This document shows positions 1-12,139 of a stretch of 64,000 nt of DNA, in pieces. The position numbers and the translations under genes were made by a program. Source of the stretch: Raillietiella orientalis (taxonomy: Eukaryota); the NCBI GenBank assembly GCA_036172245.1, contig JAYWIR010000075.1, forward strand, positions 248,001 to 312,000, given 5' to 3'. Position 1 is the first letter of the stretch, and each line of letters opens with the position of its first letter. The notes under the pieces were generated by a model, which ran no database searches, was not told where the DNA came from, and saw only the letters and a list, made by a program, of their open reading frames with translations.

Positions 1-299
1 GAATTTAGTACTTGGGCACACAAGAAAAGCTTCAGTCATATCAAAATCAAATTTCAACTGAAAGAAAGACTGCTGAAAGAACAACCTGCTGTGAGTTTTG
101 GGGTTCCTGCATCTCGCTCCGAGTCTGCGGAGATCACTGGTAGCTCCGTAACCACCGAAAATTCGTTGGACCAATCCTGACGATTTACTAGCATCAAGTG
201 ATCGAACCTTTTGTGCCGACTGTTGAGATGAGAATTCTCTGAAGATCTGCAGCTGGCTCCAGTTTTGCGAATGGCATTTCACATTTGCTTTGATCTGGA

Positions 300-2040
300 T
301 GCTTGAAGTTTTCTATCCTGCACGAGCTAGGACGGCTGGTTGAGGTGGGCACCGGGAATCCTCTACCGGTCGCTTGCGACGAGAGGTGCTCGTCCTGGAG
401 AAGAACACCTCACCTCAGTTCCGTTGCTCTTCCCAATGAGCCCTGACTTTAGTTTCCCCCAATGGCTAATCTCTGCTTCTTGTGACATCTTCAGCAACAT
501 CCATATAAATGCCAACCTCCGCTGGTAGCCCTCCTCAACATGAATACACTAGCAGTCCGGGACAGCTATCAAGACTCGTATAGATCTGCTCCATACAGAC
601 TCTGTAATCATTTGTGATTTCAAGGACTGTGCTCTAAGAACCAGGTACGGACGCTGGAAAGCTGCACTCAATACCTTAGGTATTCCGGATAGTGAAAAGT
701 TTTCCATCGTTGAAAATGGCTTTAGTAATGACACTAATCAGTAATAATAATCAGTGAGAAATTTGATGCTTATGGAATGATATCAGGAAGAAGAAGCAGA
801 AGGATGTCCAGACTTTGAATGCATTTTTGGGTGGCTTTTAAGAACGCTGTTTTCCAGGGGTTCCCTCTAGCGTTTCCCTCAAACGACTGACCTTTCTCTC
901 ATTTCGAGAATAACTAAAAGGATCGCAAGGAACGCTACCAGACCATCATCCATTCTCCTGGTCCTTCCTTCATTCGATGAAGACTTCATTTTTTACAGAA
1001 ATTTGCTGCCCCAAAATGTGCAGATCCAATTTTCTAATCAAAGGCTGATCCATTCTGTGGAGAGTCTGCATAAGCGGCTCGAAACAGTCATTGTCTCTAG
1101 GAGAAAAGAATCCAAGTCCTCTGCATCAATCGATCATAATTGAAGGCGTTCTCAAGCTGCCACAACGAAATACGGTGGTCGTTGGAGAGGGATCCCCACT
1201 AACGTCTTTCTAAGAGCAGCTGTCACAAGGGCGCGCTTGACACTTCGCCCGGCTTTGGTTGCCCCCAGCCTTCCTTCTGCAGTGAGCGCGACGCTTAAAT
1301 AAGGAGCACACGTTGCCGCAGCTGTCTTTTCTTCTGGATCCCCAGAAAATGCTCTTAGAATGAACCGTGGATTGCTGGTAGTGAAACTCCTTCGAAAGGA
1401 CGATGAGAAGCAAAAATAAATCCGAACAAGTTCCAGGGATACCGCTCGAAGCTCTCGTTCCAAACTGCATACAAAGATGGAGTGCATACAGAAGAGCTTG
1501 GAAGATTCAAGGTGAACAGACTGCCCCCTCTGGATGCGACTAGTGCCCGATCACTCACCCGAAAGTAGCAGAAGAAGTGTGGGAGTTTCTCTGGGTGTCT
1601 TTCTTTGGATCTCTTTCCTCTTTGGGAATAAATCTTTAGCAAAGCATCGTCTCGAGCTGAGAATCGTATCAGAAACAAACACGAAGAAACGCGAAATCCA
1701 AGGAGAGCGGTTGAGTGATTGAGGGTGAGTCCTTTACAAAAAGAAAACCTGCATCACGCTTAGCAGCGACCGACTCCACGAGGAGCAAAGCTTAAAACTG
1801 CCACCAGCAGTGAGAAATGTGGCGAGAGAAAACAAGATTGCTCCCGTATCTTCATCCAAATGACTGTTTGTTCTTCGTCGATGATGAGTTGCACAGCAAG
1901 AAACACCGAGACGAGCTTCCTGAGATTTCAGACTTACCAGTTCCTTATCGGTCATTTCATCCTGCTTGGTTCAATTCTTTGATGTCCTTTTCTGGATAAA
2001 TGCAAGGTGAACATTAACTGATGCTGGACTTCTGTCTCCT
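300..2040 (+). mobile_element. Degraded I-clade non-LTR retrotransposon ORF2 (RT, possibly RNase H)
   Basis: Broken motifs in RT order: LISASCDIFSNIHINANLRW*..QSG (~465-560), VIICDFKD (~604), ccaggggttccctctagc PQGS-like (~853), AATTKYGG..RAAVTRARL (~1156-1240), and WFNS (~1967, RNase H WIP-like). Confidence 0.45.
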
Positions 2041-2599
2041 GTGATTTGTGCTTTTCAAAAGGTTTGTCTCATCAGATTTGCTTCACGTGCATAAGTAATC
2101 ACTCTTATTACCGATTTTTATTTTTATTCTTTGTTTTTTCGATCCAGTCGGGCTCTTTCTTTACGAGCGCATTCCAAACCATATCTGAGAGCACTGCGAA
2201 AGTGCTCTCGCGTTCTCTCTTTCATCCTGTGATTCGGATTCACCAGATTTTGCAGTTCCCAGAATTGTTCCAAGTCGAGGTGCTGGTTTTACAAAGATGA
2301 GCTTAGTCTTAAGGGCGTTTCTAGTCTTAGTTATATCGGCAAACAACGTATCTAAAGATGATTTCTGTCGTATTTACGGCAGACAGGTCAAGCGCTTGCC
2401 ATAAATACGACTGTTTCATTTTTTTTTTGGTTTTCCAGAATGAACTGTTTCGTGAGGAGTATTCCCTCTATTTCCTCTGTTTTCTATTCCCTCCTATTTC
2501 CTCTATTTTGAAACCGAACATTCCTAGTGCTGCTCTCTCCTAAATCCTCTGCTTGGAGCTCGTGCTCTTGGACACGTGCTCTTGAGAAAACTCCGGATT

Positions 2600-3420
2600 G
2601 ATTGATTATTCGCTAGATTACAAGGTTAATTGCTAGGGCGCCAGAGAGCTTTCGTTTTTGGGTGTTTTCACCACAAGGATTCCCGAGAAATACAGAAAAG
2701 GGTGAAATCCAAGAGACGGCAACATTCCATTATAATTGTTCCATTCCTTTTCCTCCATCTTAGGTTACCCGAAGGAAGGAATCTCCTGTGCGGAATGAAC
2801 GAACCGCAGAAAGCGATCTAGAGTACAAGCAGCTCTGAGTACATGACAGTACGATTCAGATTTCGAAGACTTCTCAACTCCAAGTACACAGCATTCCGCC
2901 TCAGAAAAAAACAAAAAACCTTGCCCTACTTTCTCCTGTGTGAGGTTTGTTTCTACCACACGCCTGCTGAGGTTTCCTTTTCGTATGCGACTGTAAAGAG
3001 CTTGACGTCGTGTGTTCTCTGCTCCTGGAATCCTTTTTTCTTCATAAAATTCCTCAGCTCAGGAAATTCGGCTAACTGAAACCATCCCTCCTTGATCCTT
3101 ACTGCCATAATTGTTACAATTATTGTAGACCTTTCACTCATCTTCATCCAGTTCGTATCATTATCTACTTAGCTTTTCCATCACACACTAATTTGGGCTC
3201 CACATTCGTTATCTCTGCCGAACTCCACGGAAAACCAAATGGAACAAAAGGAAAAAAATACAAATTTAGGGACAGAGGGCATGTACATACTTGAAAATGG
3301 AACTGTGGAACATTTATACAATAATTCGGTGCGGAAACAAATGCATTCGGGTTTGTGATTATGTAACTTTGTGTTCGACTCTTTAATGCCCCTCATTCTC
3401 AAATCAGATGAAAAAATCGT
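2600..3420 (-). mobile_element. Degraded CR1/L2-type LINE RT remnant
   Basis: AYEKETSAGVW ~ EKDLGV; FFLRRNAVYLELRSLRNLNRTVMYSELL ~ LGFLRRN...LY.T.V...LEY. Many stops. Confidence 0.35.
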
Positions 3421-3656
3421 TATGAATCAAACTGTGGATAAAAAAAAAAAGAAACGGCTATTGGACGCATCCAACTGAGATCTGATGGCTGTAATGTACA
3501 CTGTACTCTGACTTTTATCCTTGAAAAGTAGATGAAAATTCAAGTAGCTTTCTCTCCTGTGCTTTTTTTGAAATTTCAGCCTTTGGGCATTTCTTAGCAA
3601 AATCTTTGAAACATCTGACACATGAGACAATGGAAGCAAATTCTGAGAAGCGATCT

Positions 3657-4019
3657 TTTTTTTTTTTCTCCTGAATAAGGGTTCTCTGTGGTCAAGTGGA
3701 AGGATTCTTCAATACAGCAACTTATCATCAATAATCTATGACTGTCGATATTCGAAAACTCTTCCCAGACGTCTTCACCTACTTGCAAAATTTAGAGAAC
3801 CAGACTATCTATCGATATATATATTTTTTTCAATGTTTAGCGTATATGTGTATATACGTTTCGCTGTTTAGTCTGGTTCCCTAAATTTTACAAGTAGGTG
3901 AAACTTCTGGGAAGAGTTTCCGAATATTGGTAGTCATGGATTACTGATAATGAGTTGCTGTATTGAAGAAAGCTTCCACTTGACCACAAAAAATCCTTCC
4001 TCATGAGAGAAAAAAAAAT
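3657..4019. repeat. Long imperfect inverted repeat (MITE/foldback-like) with AT-rich spacer
   Basis: Left arm ~3657-3807 (...tgtggtcaagtggaag..ttcttcaatacagcaact...tttagagaaccagacta) is the reverse complement of right arm ~3869-4019. Spacer ~60 bp with (TA)n. Confidence 0.9.
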
Positions 4020-4479
4020 TCTCTCGTCAGCTAATATACATATATATATAATAGTATATATTAGCTATATCAAAGAACAGATTATATATATATATATATA
4101 TAATTCACGAGTGTACGCAACTGCTGATACAACAAGCATTGGAGTTTTGTCTGTCCCTTTCATACACTTTGAACCTTCACTTCTCGAACGGGAATCGAAC
4201 TTTGTTGGTTCGTCTCGAGAGCGTTTCCTTTCATCATTTACCCCAGTTTGGATCACTGCTCCACCCTCTTTAGTTTAGCCATTTAATTGATCGAATTACC
4301 ATTATTTATGCTCACTTCCAAATCGATACTATTAATGAGCGAATTCTCTCCTGATGGAATAGGGCTGGCCCTGTACGTAGATAAAGAATCCGCAGCTTTG
4401 AGGTGTTCCTAATGCTCTTTTGAAAAGTCCTTTTTCTTGGCAGGAGAGACCGACTAGAAAGAGATTGCAGAAGGAGAAA

Positions 4480-5830
4480 ACTTTGCTCTCACCTCTCTCA
4501 TCCAGCAGAATTGAGTATACAATGCAGCAGCCGACTCACAGGAGTCTCCCCGATCGCTGCAGAGCTGCGGTCCAGCGAATCGGAATTTCAAAATGGATTC
4601 AGCTTTCAGATGGAGAACGGAAAGACCGTTTGGTGAACAGCGTCTCTGCATCGAAAGGCATCGAAGAAGTCTTGAAAGACGGCGTCTTGAAGACGGCGGG
4701 TCAGATTGCGAAAGTCAGAAGTCAGCTCTGGAATAATGGGATTGAGAGTGGAGGAGTAGAATCCTCAGAAACTGTCAAGCAGGCATGATGCAAAGGAGGT
4801 AATGATGAGATGTGGAGTCAAGGGAAGGGGTTGTCTCCTCTTGTTTTGCCAGCGAGGATCTGCAGCAACGAGGAAGATGTTTTTCCTTCCCAGAGCCGCT
4901 TCGCCCGTCACTCGATCATCGGAACGGTGGAAAGCGACTCTGGGCATCTAAGGAAGACGTCACATGCAGGAGCAGGACAGCTCCTTCAGGAGCGATCTGC
5001 TGAAAGTCTCTTCGTTGCTCATGCTCCTTCGTGACGTTCATGCTTCCCGATAGTTCGTCATACCATCACTCCAGGAGTTTTTTCGTGGCTCTTTTACAAG
5101 ACCAGTAGCGACCTCGCGGGTAGATCGTAGCCATCGTTGGCCTAGGATGAAGTTTTCAACTAGCAATAATGACGCCTCCCCAAACGCCCTCGGCTATGAT
5201 GTGGCCCGTGCGCAAAGCCAGGCCCAGGATGATGGCGGTCCTTTTGAGTTCTTTTGTTATCGTGGCTTTTCTCCTTCCAGCTTTTTGGGGGAAGAGGTTC
5301 TTTTTTTTTTCCGGGGTTCTCAAGAAGTGCTGAAGAACCGTTCATCCTTTCAGGGGGGCACTGAAGAGGCCCGCCGTGCCGCCACATCGGGGGCTCACAA
5401 GGCTCTTGAAACATTGGCCAACGCCACCCGAGGGTGAGTGCAGCTCACTTAGGGGGCAACTCCGTAGAGAACACCTTCATTAATCCGGGAAGGCTCCAGG
5501 GGAAGGAGTCCGTCCCTCTTATTCTTATTCTTACTTCCTCTTATCCTTCCCGAAGAGACTTCCGAAGGGAACCCGGAAAGGATCCGCTCCTGGAATTTCT
5601 TCTCCGGAGGGAACCCGCCAAGGGAACCGCTCCTTGTTTACTCCTCCGAAGTGCCGCTTTTGTGTCTGTTTGCATCCGCACCTTTCCTCAGCTTCCTTGT
5701 CCTCCGCATTCTCCCGTCTTCTCCATCCTGCGCGTACTGGCTCAGTATGGCAAGCCAGCGTTCCTCGTCAGTTCCCGTGTTGCTTTGGACTCTTCGGGCG
5801 TTTTCAGTTACCAACTGGAGCTTGGAGGAG
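4480..5830 (-). pseudogene. ndl: Remnant of nudel protease-like domain 2 and C-terminal LDLa, split by a repeat insertion
   Basis: 5023-4961 reads HEQRRDFQQIAPEGAVLLLHV, matching remembered Nudel [22 protein letters not shown]. About 5760-5700 reads LPY*AS...ECGG (domain start). About 4670-4530 has RCLSMQRRC and GPQLCSDRGDSC (LDLa-like). Confidence 0.55.
5090..5660 (-). mobile_element. SINE-like / LINE 3'-end family, copy 1
   Basis: Shares blocks (tgaagaaccg, ggctcacaaggctctt, gccacccgagggtg, aatccgggaaggctcc, ggagggaacccg) with 10585-11265 and, in reverse, 60860-61547. Confidence 0.75.
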
Positions 5831-6039
5831 GTTCTCGAACTGCGTGGAAAGAAGCACGGCTACCGGGTCACACGGGCCAGGTGACATGAAGGCAGGAAAG
5901 GCTCTGCAAGTCTTCGCAAACAGACTTCACAAACAAACGGTACTCTTACAAAGAAGACGAAAGACAAAGAGGAAAGACGGCTCAAAGCGGATGCATATGA
6001 TCAGCACTACTCATGCCCCCCACCTCCCTCCCTATTTCA

Positions 6040-6425
6040 GACTCTTCTTGGTTTTACTCGGAACGGTCCCGGAAATTCTGCTGCAGAACGTCTCCGGGCT
6101 CTCATCCTGAAAGGGCAGTACTCTCCGACCAAGGGCCGACGCTGTGAGTTGCGCCGCATTGATTGGCCGGAACAAGGAGCGAAGAGAGGGCCGCAGCAGG
6201 CGGACCGACATGGGGGAAGGAAGACGGGTAAGGACCGTTCCCAGGCTGCGGACCAGTAAGAGCTTGCCAAGGTCTTGTCGATTCCTGTTCCGCGACCAAC
6301 CGTTCGTGCCGTGCCGGAGTGGTAGGGAGGGAGAAGCGATCCAGGAAGCTTGAACGCCGCGGGGCTCGTGTCCGGGACGCGATGCTCCGCTAGCACGAAA
6401 CCACGAAGTCTCCGAACTGCAGTGC
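6040..6425 (-). pseudogene. Possible nudel middle LDLa/SRCR-like exon remnant
   Basis: Open frame HCSSETSWFRASG...HGTNGWSRNRNRQDLGKLLLVRSLGTV loosely matches C..EFRC.LS...ALTNG...G.....G.W. A further LDLa-like DGVCRRRCDRQPCLL at 7351-7398 lies between this and protease 1, as in Nudel. Confidence 0.35.
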
Positions 6426-7699
6426 GCGCCGCCTCTCTCTCAGCGTTTGCTCCTATTCAATAGGTTTATGTGTCCGCCGATTCCCCGAACGATGCCGTGC
6501 TCGCTCTTGAAGAAGATAAGTTCTATTTATAATTATCGCACGTGATTAAGAAACTATCGACAGGAGGGGGGGGGGGGTATTTTTTGTGCATGTCTCCCCT
6601 CTTTTCCGACGCGTGCGTATATCTTCTCGAAGGAGGAGAAAAAGGCCAAAAAAGAAAAAAAAAATAGAGTAAACGGACAAAAGTTTTATTGCGAGACCCT
6701 CAGCTCCGCAGCACAATTATCTCGCGAAGATTGCGCGAACGGGGCTGGCAACGGAGCCGTACGAAGTCAGCAGAGCTCCAAATTCCAGAAAATCAGCAAG
6801 TTGTCGGTACTTTTGATTAACGTTGGAAATGATAGAAATTACGACTGCTGATTGGCGGGGGTAAGAAAAAAGAGAGAGAGAGATGGAGAGCGGGAGGGAG
6901 GGAAAGGAGAGAGGGAGAGGAGGCACACGAGGAAGAAGAAAACAAGCAGCTCCTTCACTGCGGAGGGAGGGGGACTTGTTTTCGTTGTTGTGTAAGAAGA
7001 GGAGGAGGATGAGCGTCGGGGACCACGTCGATAGCGTCCGGGAGTCAAAAATCGCTGCGATGGTTACGTCAGCCCCGCGGGATGATGGAAGGGTTCGTGC
7101 GCGCGCGCACCTGTAAACATGGGAAGCGGAACTAGTGACGCCGCTTTCGCCCCGTGCAGGGACGGGCGGATCTCGCCGCCTGGTCGGGGCGGGACTCGGC
7201 GGGCTGCGGGCGGGCTGCGGCCCGGTTCTCCCGGGGATGACCTAGCTGCAGAGGGGCAGTGAGGGACTCTCCGGGGTCTAAGGAGGAAGAAGGGCGCTTG
7301 GACACTTTCCAGGGTCGAGCTCTTTCCACTGCTGGAGAAGAGGCGGCAGCAGAAAGCAAGCACGGCTGCCGGTCGCAGCGTCTCCGGCAGACGCCATCTG
7401 GTAGCGGCGAGGTGGCGAGGAGTACATGTCAAGATCAGGCCAAGGTCAGACTCCCGGCTGCAGCAGGGTCGCCCACCGTCCAGACGAGGTCGAAGGTTGA
7501 AGGAGGAGGGGAGAGGAAAAGGACAGACCTTCCTACATAGAAACAGGTGGTAGCTAGTGGCAGTTCGTGCGCGCGCACGGTTCCTCGGGACTTCCGGTGC
7601 TCCATACGATCTCAGCTGGACCTTTCTGGGAGCTTTCGGCCACCGCTGCTTCTGGCGAAGGGAGCGGTCATGCTCTCAAGGTGCAGCGGAATCATTTCT

Positions 7700-8240
7700 T
7701 CCAAACGGGTGAGAGGCTTGCGACGGCCTCCTTTTTCCCGATCGGGTCGGAGTTAGGTGTCCTGGAGCGGAGGGGCACGGAAAACTCGGCATAGAAACCG
7801 GAGGAAGACACGCTTTCCCTCTCGCGTCCTCCGAATCCGGAAGCTGTCTCCGTCGCCTCCCAACGGGTCGTCGCCCCAGCGGAGGAGGAGTCAGTCCCTT
7901 CTCCCCCCTCAAGATCACGGGAAGAACCTCGCCTCTCATCCGGTGGGGGCAGTCCGCGACAGTCCGATTGAGAGCAGCGGCGACCTCGAGGTACTTGTCG
8001 GAGTGCGTTACCGAGCAACGCGGCGATATCCTTGGGTAGGCGACGAGTCGCCCGCACAGCCGGAGCAAACCAGGACTTACTCCGCCTTTCCTCGTCTCGC
8101 TCGTCCAAGCTGTGTGGAGTAGGCTGCCTACTCCACTTTCGAAGGAGGAAAAGACTTTCGAGGCGAAACTAAAAACGTTCTGGACCGTGGACCACTTGGC
8201 GTGTTGAGCCTCTGCGGATGCAGAAAACACTCTTTCGGTC
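7700..8240 (-). pseudogene. Possible remnant of nudel protease domain 1
   Basis: ERVFSASAEAQHAKWSTV ~ RIVGG..WP; FESGVGSLLHTAWTSETRKGGVS ~ [41 protein letters not shown] ~ LLRL..PL.FN..V.PIC; PHRMRGEVLPVI ~ D.MREV.VPI; broken GDSGG-like ggattcggagga near 7830. Heavily decayed, but in the expected order and strand. Confidence 0.35.
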
Positions 8241-9934
8241 CTCGCTTTCCTTCTCGAGGTTTGCAGATTTTCTCAAAAGTCCTTGTCGAACGGCTCTGGC
8301 TGCCTGGAAACGCCTCGAGGAAGAAGACCTCCGAAGAATGGCAATGGGTCTTCCCGAGGAAGACTCCGCCTGGCCACGCCTCTGTGTGGATGCTCCAGAA
8401 TGCTGTGCTGCAACGAGGATTTGTGCACTTCCAGAAAAACCCGGAGGTGGCAGATCGAAGCTCTGCTCTTCGAGGGAGGTGTCTTCGTAGATGAGTAGAG
8501 AATTTTCTTGTAGATTTTCCTGCTAGGTCAAGGAGGGTTCACCAGCTTTCCTCGTGTTGCAGTTGATCGGCGGACCGGCGTTGAGCAGAAGCCGCTGGAT
8601 GAGGTCGGTGAGGTTTTTCGGAAAAGAACAAGCTTCGGCAGTCAGTTTTCACCGGTGGTTCAAAACTCCTCTTGAAGAAGCGCTCTGCTGATGCTTTATT
8701 CGTGCGCGCTTCCTCCAGTGCATCTTTGACACTGTCCTTCGCAGTTTTCGGTCATCGCTCCTCACGAGAAATGACGAGATGATTTTCCCGTCTGCAATCG
8801 TTTTCTGTGTGGCCGGCTGGAGCGTCGTCGTCTGAGAAGGTGGCACTCCAAGCGGTCAAGCTCCCAAGTTTTCCAAACCAGTGGGAAACCGATTGGTCAT
8901 GAGCCGATACGCGATCCCGCGACACGCGGCACGAGGGCACGATGATCAGGCAGAGCTCACAATACGGATGAAGGGTGCCTGCAAGAAAACGAACATGGAG
9001 AATTTCAGGCTCCCCCCCTCCCCCTCAAGCTGCTGGATGCTGCTGCTGAAGGGTCTGGAATGCGATCCGCGCAGCACGTATAACCTACATCTTGCCGATC
9101 ACATCACTCGGTCTCCATCGCATGAAGCCGAGTCTTCTTCATAAGGTTTTTAGTCTAAACCCAACAGCTCCAGCACCTTCTCTGTTTTTCTTTTGAATTC
9201 ATCACGAGATGAGATCAATAAACAGAATCCCAGGGAGGCACTGAGGTTTCCGCGTCCATGAGACGGTAAGGTGAAATCCAAGTAGACGAGAATGGGATGA
9301 CTGCAGAGCTCGCTAATTCGCCGGCGTTCATCCCCCAGCTTTCCTTCTCTTGGCCCTTCGGGTCGCAACTCATGCGCCTCTCACCCATTCGTCCCCGTGT
9401 CCCTCCAAACGTTCTCACAAGATTGCAAGCTGAAAAGGAGATCGCAGCTGAGATCTTCGAGCTGAGCTCCTTCGATCCCACAGGTCAGAAGAATCTCTCG
9501 TGTCCCCCGTGTCGTTTCATCTTCCTCGTTCCGATCCTTACGGAACGAACAATGCGAAATGGTGGTTGCTTGTTGGAGGGTGAGTGGTTCTACGCTCTCG
9601 CGCAACCACGCCATTCCAAGAGCTCGTGTGGAAGCACTCTCTAGCTGTTTGGCACTCCCAGGGAGCAACAACGGCTGCAGGAGCTGCTGCCAAGCGCCGT
9701 CTATGAGCAGATTCTGCATCACGTGTCCATATGGGTGGATTGCATCCCTCCTGCTTTCGCGGAGGCGCATTCGTGTTCCAGAGGAACGCGTCTCTGGTTC
9801 AGAGCTTCCTGAATCCACGACCAAAGGGTCCATAAATGCTCATCTCGAGTTGCCAGCCTCCCTCCCAAGACCTGCCTCACAGCGCCGCCAGCGTTTTGGT
9901 CTCCTAGATGCCCGAGTTTGTTCGCTTTCTCCTC

Positions 9935-11265
9935 TTTTTTATTTTTTTTTTATTTTTATTTTTTAAAAAAGATCAGTAACGATCTCACAGGGAGGTCGTT
10001 ACTATTAGCCTGGGGTGATTACCAACCGGTTGTGCCGGGGCATTTATAACATGAAACAATAAGAGTACACTGGTGTGGTAGAACCAAAGGTTCTACCACG
10101 TGCGATGAACCTGCAGAAGAGCTGTGCGCAGACCAGCGAAGTCCGCTTCGGCAGTGTGGGGGAAGCGGGAACAAAAAAACAAAAAAAATAAACACATAAA
10201 AACAGTAGAGGGGAAATTTTACACGAAAAGGAGGGACAGGGAAACCGAGGAATGGATCACGGTACGTTTCCAGGTGTCCTCTGCATCCTGTTCAGGATGC
10301 TGGCAAGTTCTCCGCATAGCGCCCATCTCGAGCGGTCTTCAGGAAGATACGCGCCCAGTGGGTGGCATCCCTGCCATTTCGGTCCTCTTCTTCTGGCATT
10401 CCAGGTTGCTACCATCTCGCGAAGACAGCAGAGAAATGCGAGGGACAGGGCTGGAGGCAGTGCGGCACGCGCGAAGAGGTGCCTAAAAAGGTCCCTGGAA
10501 TCTCCCGCCCCGGGGTTCAAAGGAACGTCGTGAGATGATTCCAAAGAGGTAGGAGGGCAGTGCAGTTCAACAGCAGGTGCGGGAGGGTCTAGCATGATGG
10601 AATTCCTTTAGGGCTCCTATGTATCGCGGTTTTCCTTCCAGATTTTGTTGTGGTTCCCTAAGTACTGAAGAACAGTTTGCCTAGGGGCTCACGAATCTCT
10701 TTAGCACTATTTCACGCCACTCGTACATGTAACTTTTTTGGGGGGGGGTAATCCTGTAGGCACTACCCTATGAATCCAGGAAGACTACGGATGAAGGCGT
10801 TCGTCCCTCTTACGCTTGATAGGGCACCCTCGCCCTGATTGTCTCCGAAGGGAACCCCGAAGGAAACTTCTTCCTCTCTTCCTTATTCTTTCCGGAGGGA
10901 CCCCCTGGTTTGTGGGGGCCCTTATCATTTCATCTCCGAAATGGGACGCGGAAAGTATCCACTCCTGGAATTCTCCTCCGGAGGGAACCCGCAAGGGAAC
11001 TGCTCTCGGTTTCCTCCTCTGGAGTGAACCCCGGAAGGAGTCCTGATCTCTCTGAAGGGTCTCTTTCCGAAGAGAGCAGCGCACTTCTTGACGATCTGGA
11101 GAAGCATCCATACATCAGCCCCATAGTACTCGATGAAGGGTCCCTCCCCCATGAGAAGGGAGACGGCTTGACAGCAGGAGGACAACCCTCCTTGATTCCT
11201 GGAGTCAACTTCCAATCCCGGCCACTCAACGGAAACATCCGTTTTCCGGCTTCCACCAGTGCCTC
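9935..11265 (-). mobile_element. SINE-like / LINE 3'-end family, copy 2 (terminal hairpin and tail at 9935-10020; body 10585-11265)
   Basis: T-rich tail, then agtaacgatctc-acagg-gaggtcgttact hairpin (9975-10003). Body matches the other copies (tatgaatccaggaagact, gtcaacttccaa..tcaacgg..acatccg). Confidence 0.75.
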
Positions 11266-11399
11266 ACCTGAATAGGCATCGTCGTCTTGCCGGGGGAACT
11301 CGAAACCTGAAATGCATCCATTTCTCTGGAGTCAGTTCTTCTCCGGGTGGGGTTTGAACCTGCAACGCTTAATGCCACGTGCGGAGACCTTAGCCATAC

Positions 11400-12110
11400 G
11401 TGGACTTCCTTCTCTTTCCCCTCTTCTCTGACAGGGTTCGATTGCTAGAGTTTCATCTTTCCTCTTGTGCCGACATGGAACAGCTGGACATTTTTGACTT
11501 GAATTTCATTTCGGGAATGGACGGTAGATCTCTCCTGCCCTTCCACCCCACGTTTTGCCTACCGTCAGGTCTCCAGCCAGGAATCGACAACACTTGGAAT
11601 TTGACCTGAAGGAGATCGTCGACCAGAGTTCACGTACTTCGGTGCAGCTGGTTGTTTCTGCAGCCTCCGCAGCAAGGATGGAGCTAATGCTCAAGATTTC
11701 ACGTGGGAAATGTCCTTCCGGATTAGATGACGACTCATGAGAGCGCGGCAACTCCTGCTCGAGCTTCGAAGCAGAGTAAACGAAGGTTAGAACTTTGAGA
11801 AAAGAGGTGAGTGTTGGGACGAGTTCCGCTTCGAGGAAAAACCTCTTAGGGCAGAGGTTTACGGATTTTAAGTGGACCTCTTCCAGTCCGTTCTTGGGTT
11901 CAGCTGCATTTGCCACATTTCTACCTCACCAGCCCGAGGATCATGCAAGGAGGGAAGCTCGAACACTCCTGTTGCATTCCGCCAAACTCCTGCATAGTGG
12001 GGGTGGGATGCTCAACGCAGTTTCTCGAGTCTGGAGATTGAGGCAGGTGATTGCGCTCCTCTTCCAAATAAGGGACTTATTCCAGAGGAATCGCCGGTTT
12101 GGAAGCGTTC
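11400..12110 (+). mobile_element. Possible RTE-clade RT C-terminal remnant
   Basis: KEIVDQ(fs)FTYFGA ~ EVVDQFTYLGS; ELMLKISRGK ~ EI..RI.KA; RKNLLGQRFTD ~ R.ILG.RW.D. Confidence 0.35.
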
Positions 12111-12139
12111 CATTTTTTTTTTCTGGAGGGGGGGGGGAT

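Noticed and set aside
6032..6211. MSVRLLRPSLRSLFRP... resembling a mitochondrial presequence
   Set aside because: It is the tail of a longer open frame better explained as a nudel remnant. It stops after 59 aa with no supporting downstream exon.
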